From Nitrosopumilus sp. (GTDB lineage Archaea; Thermoproteota; Nitrososphaeria; Nitrososphaerales; Nitrosopumilaceae): DNA of 11,037 nucleotides. The notes beneath the pieces are model-generated. The model did not search any database and was not told where the DNA came from. It saw nothing but the letters and a program-made list of their open reading frames with translations. Numbering within the stretch: position 1 is the stretch's first letter; the number at the start of each line of letters is the position of its first letter. This document shows positions 1 to 5,861 of the stretch, piece after piece. The stretch is from contig JAOTZM010000044.1 of assembly GCA_029861345.1 (NCBI GenBank), positions 1-11,037 on the forward strand. Direction: 5' to 3'. Both the position numbers and the translations under genes were made by a program.

Positions 1-717
1 GTCAACAACATAATTTTTAGCAATGAATCTAAAATAAAAGAATCATTAAAGAAACTGGAAAACAAGAAAATATTTGTAGATATCTCAAAGGATCTTAATT
101 CTTACAAATTAGGGGAACGCACTAAGAAGGATTATGAGAAGTTACTAGATACACTTTCAGATATGATGGAACTTGCATCTTCAATAATATTGATAAAAAA
201 TGCAAGTAATAGTGAGAAATTAAAAAATAAATTAACAACATGTTATGATGAAATCAAAGAAACACTAGATCAAACTAACAAAAAAATCATCAGAGATAGA
301 AAATCAAATGAAATAATAATATTGCAAAGACGGTTTGCAGGAAGAATTCCAAGTACAGGATATCTTAAACTTTAAAATTTAGACATTAATTTCCATTATC
401 ATTTCCAATCAAGATAATTCTAAATTCTATTTACGGTAAGACAGGACAAAGTGTAAATCATAAAATTGGTAATTTGTTTAGTCCAGTTATTGCAAGTACC
501 ATCACTGGTATGACTAGGGCAATGCTGTATGAGTTTGTCCAGAAACATGGAATTGAGAATGATGTGGTGTCTTTTGCCACAGATTCCATCATAACTACAA
601 AGAAACTAGGCGTGAATTTCTGACGGCTCTCGCAAAGTTTTACAAATTCTGAACAATCTTGTATCAATGACAAAAGATGAGGCACAAATCATTTTAAAAA
701 ATTATCAGAAAATCTAA
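1..717 (+). pseudogene. polB: Protein-primed family B DNA polymerase (casposon-type pPolB), 3' portion, split into three frame segments (1-375, 390-623, 622-717); 5' end lies outside the window
   Basis: Frame 1 is open from nt 1 to TAA at 373-375. Frame 3 (390-623) translates as FPIKIILNSIYGKTGQSVNHKIGNLFSPVIASTITGMTRAMLYEFVQKHGIENDVVSFATDSIITTKKLGVNF*. This contains polymerase motif B Kx3NSxYG (411-437) and, about 50 aa later, a motif C-like SFATDS (570-587; consensus YxDTDS). Frame 1 resumes at 622-717 (GSRKVLQILNNLVSMTKDEAQIILKNYQKI*). DLNSY at 91-105 may be a degraded motif A (DxxSLYP). One stop, two frame changes and no KxY motif after motif C indicate a pseudogene. Assigning 1-375 to the same gene is an inference. 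Confidence 0.6.
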
Positions 718-867
718 AATTTAACAAATTGAATTTAAACAAAGAGACCATATAGGATCAGTTCTCATCAGATCTACGTTAGTTTCTATCAGTAAATTCA
801 TTAAAACAAAACAAAAACAAGTGATCTCCAATTATATTTTAATATACACACAGTATCAACAACAGTA

Positions 868-2505
868 TTGATTCTAAAACTAAGTTTACTTGTTATCGTA
901 GCATTGTTTATAATTTCAATTTCTCCAGCATATGCTCAACATCATGGCGGATCACTTGCACCTCCAATCGATTTTGATGGGATGTCAGTTGCGTTAAGTT
1001 CAATTTTATCACCAGAAGATTTTACGTTTGAAGACACAAAAAGTGCAAACCTTTCAATTAGATTCTTTGATAGTCAAACAGACAAGAACATAACTAGTGT
1101 AACATATCGCATCCAAATATTCCAAGGGGACAATCTTGTGGCAAATGAATATTTTTATGATGAAGATGGAAACCTGGATTTAGAGGTTAGACCCACAATA
1201 GGATGTGAAAACAAAGAACTATGGAAATGTACAAACTACTTTGGTGAAAAACACCCCATTGCAGGAGCATATTTTGCAAGAGGAGATTCAAGACCAGTAA
1301 TTGAAGGTCCAGTGTTTGACAAGAGTGGTCAATACAATGTTAAAGTGTCTATCGTAGGTGCAACAAATCCCAAAACAATGACAACTAGTGACTTACAATT
1401 TGAAACATTTCTTTTGATTCCAGAAAAGCAGAATTTTTTAATCCAAACAGCAAATGCGGAGGAATTTCCTATTTCAATTAAATCATTTGATAGTGAGATA
1501 AGCAATTTTGCTTTTGATGAAGAATTAAACAAGATTTCGTATGAAACATCATTTGACTGGGATCATAGTAAAGAACATGGTTCTAATTCAAAACAGACCA
1601 TTCATGTTCAGAAAGATTTCCCTGTTTTCAAACAAGGACATGACATCGATGTATTCATTGAAGGAATAAAGATAGAAAGACCATTTCTCTTTGATGTTTC
1701 ATCACCAAATGAGAACATCATCAGAATAGACATACCACATAAAGAAATTATGAGCATTCATGATAAATTAGAAGAAAACCATATCAATCAAAATACTATG
1801 AAAGTGGACGTATTTTCAGGATCACAAACACAACTAAACACGTTAAACTTTTCATTTGAAAATGAATATACCACAAATGTCACCTGGAATTCTCAGTTAG
1901 AATCAGGACAAGAAATCCCATTTACGTTTTCATTCTTAGATGCAAATAACAATCCAATCGATGACATGTTGTTTGCATATAGCATTACAGATTCAGATGG
2001 AAATGAAGTATGGACAAACATAGGCCAAAGTCAAACATTTCTGGGCATTGTTGCGCAAAATGAGATACATCAGGAATCAGCTTTGATATCAAATGACGGG
2101 AATTATCAATTTACGGTAATTTTGACAGGACAGGGAATTACAAATTTTGAAAAATTCTTTACATCTAAATCAGATTTTGAGATTATCTCTTCTCATAATT
2201 TAGAAACTACAAAAGAAGTTACATCCAATAAAGTTGAAATTCCGTCATGGATAAAAAACAATGCTGGATGGTGGGCAGAGAGTGCAATTGACGATGATTC
2301 TTTTGTTCAGGGAATCCAATTTATGATTAAGGAAGGATTGATGAGGATACCAATCTCGGAGCAAAATTTAGTTTCTCAAGAAAACAAAATCCCAGTCTGG
2401 ATCAAGAATAATGCGGGATGGTGGGCAGACGATTTAATTTCTGAGGCTGATTTTGTCAAAGGGGTGCAATTTTTGATAAGTCAGGGAATCATTACAGTAA
2501 ATTAA
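868..2505 (+). CDS. Secreted protein of unknown function (545 aa) with N-terminal signal peptide and two C-terminal WIKNNAGWWA modules
   Basis: Longest ORF in the window, with a TTG start. The N-terminus MILKLSLLVIVALFIISISPAYA|QHHGG has the n/h/c layout of a signal peptide with an AxA cleavage site. The body is beta-rich and Asn/Ser/Thr/Asp-rich. There is no C-terminal TM or sorting signal. A TATA-like ttatatttta at 832-841 lies about 26 nt before the start. Confidence 0.85.
   Translation: MILKLSLLVIVALFIISISPAYAQHHGGSLAPPIDFDGMSVALSSILSPEDFTFEDTKSANLSIRFFDSQTDKNITSVTYRIQIFQGDNLVANEYFYDEDGNLDLEVRPTIGCENKELWKCTNYFGEKHPIAGAYFARGDSRPVIEGPVFDKSGQYNVKVSIVGATNPKTMTTSDLQFETFLLIPEKQNFLIQTANAEEFPISIKSFDSEISNFAFDEELNKISYETSFDWDHSKEHGSNSKQTIHVQKDFPVFKQGHDIDVFIEGIKIERPFLFDVSSPNENIIRIDIPHKEIMSIHDKLEENHINQNTMKVDVFSGSQTQLNTLNFSFENEYTTNVTWNSQLESGQEIPFTFSFLDANNNPIDDMLFAYSITDSDGNEVWTNIGQSQTFLGIVAQNEIHQESALISNDGNYQFTVILTGQGITNFEKFFTSKSDFEIISSHNLETTKEVTSNKVEIPSWIKNNAGWWAESAIDDDSFVQGIQFMIKEGLMRIPISEQNLVSQENKIPVWIKNNAGWWADDLISEADFVKGVQFLISQGIITVN
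2239..2502 (+). repeat. Tandem duplication of a ~50-aa protein module at the C-terminus of the secreted protein (period 150 nt)
   Basis: IPSWIKNNAGWWAESAIDDDSFVQGIQFMIKEGLM (from 2239) aligns with IPVWIKNNAGWWADDLISEADFVKGVQFLISQGII (from 2389). The DNA copies differ mostly at synonymous positions (tggataaaaaacaatgctggatggtgggcagag vs tggatcaagaataatgcgggatggtgggcagac). This indicates an old duplication under selection. Confidence 0.85.
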
Positions 2506-2550
2506 TTTGCCACAACGTCAATAAAAATGATCAGGACCGTACATGAAATT

Positions 2551-2961
2551 TTAGGAATTTAACATAGACTGAATTTTTGTTTTTGTAATTTGTTTTTCAA
2601 GATATTTTCTCTTTGATTCATCTCGAAATGTGTCATACTGTCCAATACAGTATTTTGTACCTGTAAGTGAATCCATTAATCCGTTCATTAGGCAGATTGG
2701 ATGGCCTGAAGTATCTGTCAGAATTACATTTCTGTTATTTTGGGCAAGTGACTTTAGTGCAGCAAATATAATGTATCCATTACCTGAAACAACTAGTTTT
2801 TCATATGGCATATTCTTGACAAACCATTCCTCTGTGGTTCCTTCTGAGAATGGGTCATGATTATCTTTTAGAACTATTTTAGAATCTTTTACTGAAATTG
2901 AATGACCATATCCTTTGAGGAATTTTACATTGTAATGGTTTTGTTTTCCCTTTAGAGTCAA
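2551..2961 (-). pseudogene. cas1: Cas1 (casposase) N-terminal domain only; ORF is intact for 136 codons but lacks the catalytic C-terminal domain
   Basis: TTG start; no in-frame ATG, and an in-frame TGA lies 16 codons upstream. PYEKLVVSGNGYIIFAALKSLAQNNRNVILTDTSGHPI fits the conserved Cas1 N-domain block (short strand, G.G.is..Al..L...gi.v..ld..G). QYDTFRDESKRKYLEKQITKTKIQ fits the start of the helical domain (Q......d...r..la..i...Ki). The ORF stops roughly 200 aa short of a full Cas1 and runs into the convergent secreted-protein gene. Recognition is by eye, not by profile search. Confidence 0.6.
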
Positions 2962-3173
2962 GATGCTTGTAAAAATGGATGAAATGTGGGTAATGCTTTT
3001 AGATAATCAGACAGAATATTCTCAATATATAGAGAAGCAGGTTCACATGATGCTTGTTTTACGGAGCAAACAAGAGATCGTCCTGCTTCTCTATGTATAC
3101 TATGAATTATGATTAAAAAGGAACACGTAGAATTCATTACATTCACAATCAACAAAAGAAATGATGTTAGTAT

Positions 3174-3278
3174 TGATCTTAAAGAATTTCCAACAAACCA
3201 CCCTTCCTACTAACGTAAGTTATATCGCGTTTCTAGGCATAAGAGGGGGGCTTTCCCTTTTTACTCTTTGTCGATAAA
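3174..3278. repeat. Terminal-motif copy A: G-rich motif 3220-3262, 13-nt core 3263-3275, exact 21-mer 3258-3278
   Basis: tttttactctttgtcgataaa (3258-3278) is identical to 4847-4867. The flanking sequence cataagaggggggctttccc aligns imperfectly with cataaatcgggggagggaggtacca. Direct similarity starts at tgatcttaa (3174 vs 4781). By eye, the only runs of 5 or more G in the window are in copies A and B. Confidence 0.85.
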
Positions 3279-3376
3279 CTCGTTTACACTTTAGAACAAA
3301 TGTGAATGGGCACACTTCATCAGTGTCAGAATATCCTAAAAGAAACGTAATCATTATTATAAAATTGAATACTATT

Positions 3377-3508
3377 TTACTGAAATGCCATTAGAGAAAT
3401 ATAAGATATGACAGTAGCTACAACTAGTGATGCACATACTATGCTTGTTATTCCATCCTTACGTTTTTGTCTAGCATCAAAGTCAGTTGATGTCTTCTCC
3501 AATTTCAT
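3377..3508 (-). CDS. Small tail-anchored membrane protein, 43 aa (below the ORF-track cutoff)
   Basis: My own translation gives ATG..TAA MKLEKTSTDFDARQKRKDGITSIVCASLVVATVISYISLMAFQ. It has a charged N-terminal part and one C-terminal hydrophobic helix. A TATA box gtataaat (minus strand, 3531-3538) ends 22 nt before the ATG, the same spacing as for the divergent gene at 3611. Confidence 0.4.
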   Translation of the reverse strand: MKLEKTSTDFDARQKRKDGITSIVCASLVVATVISYISLMAFQ

Positions 3509-3530
3509 ATGTTGTCGTTTTGTAATTAGC

Positions 3531-3588
3531 ATTTATACTTATCGGTAATGAATGGTAATAATAGGTAATTACTACCAATGTTTATAAA
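3531..3588. promoter_or_regulatory. Divergent promoter region with two TATA boxes, each 22 nt from its start codon (leaderless-type spacing)
   Basis: atttatac at 3531-3538 (read on the minus strand as gtataaat) serves the ATG at 3508. tttataaa at 3581-3588 serves the ATG at 3611. Archaeal TATA boxes are centred about 26-27 nt upstream of the TSS, which places both TSSs at or next to the start codons. Confidence 0.4.
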
Positions 3589-3610
3589 GAAATAATTCTG
3601 AAGTCTCGTC

Positions 3611-3847
3611 ATGACTTGTAAGGGCATATGTATAAGGTACAAAGCAATAAGGCCAACTACTGGCGTAGGGCGATATTTTTCAGGGCAAAAACGATGCCAA
3701 ATTTGTGAGATTTTCATAAAGTGGGGAGGATTTTGTTGCCCATGTTGTGGATATAAGCTACGTTCCAAACCCAAAAAGCTAAAGTACAAAAACAAACTTC
3801 GTGAAAAAATGCAATTACAAGTTCAATCAATACCCATTCTAAATTAG
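3611..3847 (+). CDS. Small Cys-rich zinc-ribbon protein with basic C-terminal tail (78 aa)
   Basis: ATG start. Eight Cys are arranged C3-x3-C7 ... C29-x2-C32 ... C42-C43-P-C45-C46, followed by RSKPKKLKYKNKLREK. A TATA box lies 22 nt upstream. The antisense ORF 3526-3795 looks like a shadow. Confidence 0.7.
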   Translation: MTCKGICIRYKAIRPTTGVGRYFSGQKRCQICEIFIKWGGFCCPCCGYKLRSKPKKLKYKNKLREKMQLQVQSIPILN

Positions 3848-3922
3848 TTTTAGAAAAAGTGCAAAATAAATGAGATTTGAATTTAAATGAATAAAAGAGA
3901 TGATTGGTAAATTAGTGATATA

Positions 3923-4318
3923 ATGAGCAGCGAAAACACAGATCTCCAAATTTATGAAATAAGGGCTAAAGATCTTCTAGATGAAGACGGAGTTAGATTT
4001 GCTGGAATAATTAATGAGGATGGCAATCTAATCTCTGGTGGATTTAAAAAAGGTGTACTGCCTCTAGAATCTGATCAAGAAAAATTAGAATCATTTTTGG
4101 AATTTGTCTCAAAAATTTCATTAAGAAAGCAGTATGATGATAGCCTGGGACCGATTAACTATCTTGTTGCCAGACGAAATAAAACAGTACTGATCAGCTT
4201 TCCGTTCCCTCTTAGTAAGTTTCTATTGTTAATCTCTGCAGAACCTACAGTGAATATTGAAAATTTAGCTAGCAAAGTCATCAAAGTGTTTGGCGGCCCA
4301 TCACTATCTTCTGATTAG
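3923..4318 (+). CDS. Hypothetical protein, 131 aa, possibly Roadblock/LC7 (MglB)-like fold
   Basis: ATG start. The pattern GVRFAGIINEDGNLISGG ... LGPINYLVARRNKTVLISFPF ... LLLISAEP resembles Roadblock/LC7 proteins (G...a.l...dG.li ... long helix ... v.i....llLv.a). The fold assignment is by eye only. The last ~7 codons and the stop overlap the antisense cas1 remnant. A T5 run (4321-4325) follows the stop. Confidence 0.7.
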   Translation: MSSENTDLQIYEIRAKDLLDEDGVRFAGIINEDGNLISGGFKKGVLPLESDQEKLESFLEFVSKISLRKQYDDSLGPINYLVARRNKTVLISFPFPLSKFLLLISAEPTVNIENLASKVIKVFGGPSLSSD

Positions 4319-4398
4319 AGTTTTTAAGAGAAATCAAAACGCCATAGCCTCTAAGTAATTTTACATTGTAATGGTTCCTTCTTTCCTCTAAGAGTTAA
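4300..4398 (-). pseudogene. cas1: Second cas1 5' remnant (~32 codons, start codon lost, +1 frameshift)
   Basis: An exact 20-mer aattttacattgtaatggtt occurs at 4357-4376 and 2921-2940. The minus-strand translation LTLRGKK/NHYNVKLLRGYGVLISLKNSNQKIV aligns with (M)TLKGKQNHYNVKFLKGYGHSISVKDSKIV of the 2551-2961 ORF, about 20 of 28 aligned residues identical. TTA replaces the TTG start, and one extra nt lies after codon 7. Similarity fades near 4300. Confidence 0.75.
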
Positions 4399-4767
4399 TT
4401 AACCCCCAGTTTGGTCTATTACTCTTTGAGTTATTTCAGGAGTTATCCATTCATCCAAGTTTTTATCACACTCTTTTATGCTAAATTCTTTGGTTATTCG
4501 ATTTAATTCATTTTGATACTCATTGCTGATTTTTTCAGCTTCTTCAGAAGAGAATTGGTTTGGATTAAGAACATATTGTTTCATGTTGTTTCTTGCTTGG
4601 ATCATTTGATTTGTCAATATTTCACATTGAGATAATTTAGGTTCCATGTTGATTTTTCCATATTCTTTTTCAAATTCAAAATCTGAATGTCCATCTCCTC
4701 CAATTACAATCATAAGAATTACTACTGGAATGCCAACTCCTATTCCAATCACTAGATCTTTTTTCAT
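4399..4767 (-). CDS. Membrane-anchored hypothetical protein (122 aa): N-terminal TM helix and helical ectodomain with two Cys
   Basis: ATG start. MKKDLVIGIGVGIPVVILMIVIGG forms the TM anchor, and the remainder is polar and helical. The TAA stop (4399-4401) is immediately followed by the cas1 remnant. This matches the position of ORF 2958-3155 relative to the first cas1 fragment. Confidence 0.7.
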   Translation of the reverse strand: MKKDLVIGIGVGIPVVILMIVIGGDGHSDFEFEKEYGKINMEPKLSQCEILTNQMIQARNNMKQYVLNPNQFSSEEAEKISNEYQNELNRITKEFSIKECDKNLDEWITPEITQRVIDQTGG

Positions 4768-4780
4768 ATTTCTTATAATA

Positions 4781-4911
4781 TGATCTTAACGAAAAGCATT
4801 ACGACCATAACTGTTTTCCCTCATAAATCGGGGGAGGGAGGTACCATTTTTACTCTTTGTCGATAAAAAGGGACAGTCCACCCCTTTCCAGAGCGTGAAA
4901 ATGCGATATAA
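4781..4911. repeat. Terminal-motif copies B-left (4821-4851, direct) and B-right (4865-4911, inverted) bracketing the 13-nt core 4852-4864
   Basis: tcataaatcgggggagggaggtaccattttt | actctttgtcgat | aaaaagggacagtccacccctttccagagcgtgaaaatgcgatataa. The reverse complement of the right arm (ttatatcgcattttcacgctctggaaaggggtggactgtcccttttt) aligns end to end with copy A (ttatatcgcgtttctaggcataagaggggggctttcccttttt). Confidence 0.8.
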
Positions 4912-5064
4912 TTTAGATTATGATCTACCTGTCACGTAAACAATATACAAAATAGATGAAACAACAAGGGAAATGCCAAGGATTATTGCTAATTCTTTTC
5001 TTGAAAATACACTTGCTCTATAATTCACTATCATGCTGTAAGAATAATGAACTTAAGCATTTAT

Positions 5065-5190
5065 CTATTCTTTCTTATCTATCTCTAATTCTTCTATTTT
5101 CAATTCAAGTTCTTTTACTTTTTTCCTTAATTCGATATTTTCATCTCTCAATGAATCAATCTCTCTTTGATGTAATTCATTTAGATCCAT
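5065..5190 (-). CDS. Small coiled-coil protein, 41 aa (below the ORF-track cutoff)
   Basis: My own translation gives MDLNELHQREIDSLRDENIELRKKVKELELKIEELEIDKKE*. It has a heptad-like Leu/Ile pattern. It lies 80 nt downstream of the J-domain gene and in the same orientation. The listed + strand ORF 4956-5192 (Leu/Ser/Ile-rich) looks like its antisense shadow. No independent support. Confidence 0.35.
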   Translation of the reverse strand: MDLNELHQREIDSLRDENIELRKKVKELELKIEELEIDKKE

Positions 5191-5270
5191 GAATTTTCTG
5201 CAAGAATTTCAAACTTAAGATTGTTGGTGTCAGGAGTTTAACAATTTTAGAAGAATTTAATCCAATCATA

Positions 5271-5861
5271 TTATTTTCTACTTTTCATAATTTTATCAAA
5301 TGCAATTTTAATTGAAATGAGCATTTTCTCTGCATATTTTGGTTCATTGGGATTTTTGTCGGGATGCCATTTTAAAATTAAACGTCTGTATGCATCTTTG
5401 ATTTGTGCATCTGTGGAATTCTCCAATACCCCTAACAGACTGTAGTGTATTCCAATATCTGATTCTTTAAATGTTTGCTGTGTTTTTTGATAACTTTTTT
5501 TGTACTTGTTTTGACTTCTCTGCCAAAACTCTCTTTTGAATAGCGACTCGATGTATCTCTGATGTGTCTGCGATTCTTCTGTGGATATGTTTGTCCAGTG
5601 AGCTTGCTCAAACTCTTGAATTATTACATCAAATTCATCATCGGAAATTCTGAACTGGTTTGTTTGAAAAGTCTCTTCTTGTGGAACATAGTCTTGTCTC
5701 TCTCTAAATCTTCTAAAATCACTCTCAAATGATTTTTGCTTTTTTAATCGGCGAGTTGTCTGACAATTCCTACAAATAAACTCACCAGAATTTTCTGGGT
5801 GAGGCCACAAATCAATCCTGTAAAATGATCCTTTACAGTCTGAGCATGTGTACGCCAACAT
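5271..5861 (-). CDS. Zinc-ribbon / C-terminal J-domain protein (196 aa)
   Basis: ATG start. The N-terminus has CxxC...CxxC (C6, C9, C30, C33). The C-terminus [52 protein letters not shown] is a J domain with the HPD tripeptide. The middle part is polar, Gln/Glu/Arg-rich and low in complexity. Confidence 0.85.
   Translation of the reverse strand: MLAYTCSDCKGSFYRIDLWPHPENSGEFICRNCQTTRRLKKQKSFESDFRRFRERQDYVPQEETFQTNQFRISDDEFDVIIQEFEQAHWTNISTEESQTHQRYIESLFKREFWQRSQNKYKKSYQKTQQTFKESDIGIHYSLLGVLENSTDAQIKDAYRRLILKWHPDKNPNEPKYAEKMLISIKIAFDKIMKSRK

Larger units (their letters stand above)
1..3278. mobile_element. Casposon relic 1 (left boundary outside window): pPolB pseudogene, embedded secreted-protein gene, truncated cas1, terminal motif copy A and 13-nt core
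   Basis: pPolB motifs and a Cas1 N-terminal domain lie within 3 kb; this is the defining casposon gene pair. A G-rich terminal motif (3220-3262) abuts the core actctttgtcgat (3263-3275), and both recur 1.6 kb to the right. Boundaries and element status are inferred; no intact TIR pair is visible because the left end is off-window. Confidence 0.5.
3279..4864. mobile_element. Possible casposon relic 2: small-gene cassette, second cas1 5' remnant, terminal motif copy B-left and core
   Basis: On the minus strand this unit has the same order as relic 1 (terminal motif, ORF, cas1 5' end). No recognisable opposite terminus is present at 3279. Segmental duplication of one casposon end is an alternative explanation. 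Confidence 0.3.

Noticed and set aside
458-685. 75-aa minus-strand ORF from the track
   Set aside because: It lies antisense to the stretch whose + strand frame carries clear PolB motifs B and C. Its sequence has no recognisable features. It is a shadow ORF.
2958-3213. Competing small ORFs upstream of cas1: minus 2958-3155 (65 aa, TTG start, stop overlapping the cas1 TTG), versus plus 2963-3112 (49 aa) coupled by ATGA to plus 3109-3213 (34 aa)
   Set aside because: I cannot decide which strand codes, if either. None has recognisable motifs. The position of the minus ORF mirrors 4399-4767 in unit 2, but the two proteins are not similar. It is left unannotated.
3180-3300. tRNA or tRNA fragment as the integration target near the repeat cores
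   Set aside because: On either strand around 3180-3300 or 4780-4920 I found no acceptor/T-arm-like GC-rich stems and no GTTCRAATC-type T-loop.
3296-3360. Possible C/D-box sRNA on the minus strand (CUGA-cac-UGAUGA at about 3313-3325, resembling a D'/C' pair)
   Set aside because: The candidate upstream C box is imperfect (AUGAUUA) and sits 18 nt away instead of about 12. No terminal D box (CUGA) follows the C' box at the expected spacing.
4956-5192. 78-aa + strand ORF
   Set aside because: It is low-complexity Leu/Ser/Ile-rich and is the mirror of GAA/AAA/TTA-rich codons on the minus strand. The minus-strand 41-aa coiled-coil ORF (5065-5190) is the more plausible coding reading, although that one is also weakly supported.
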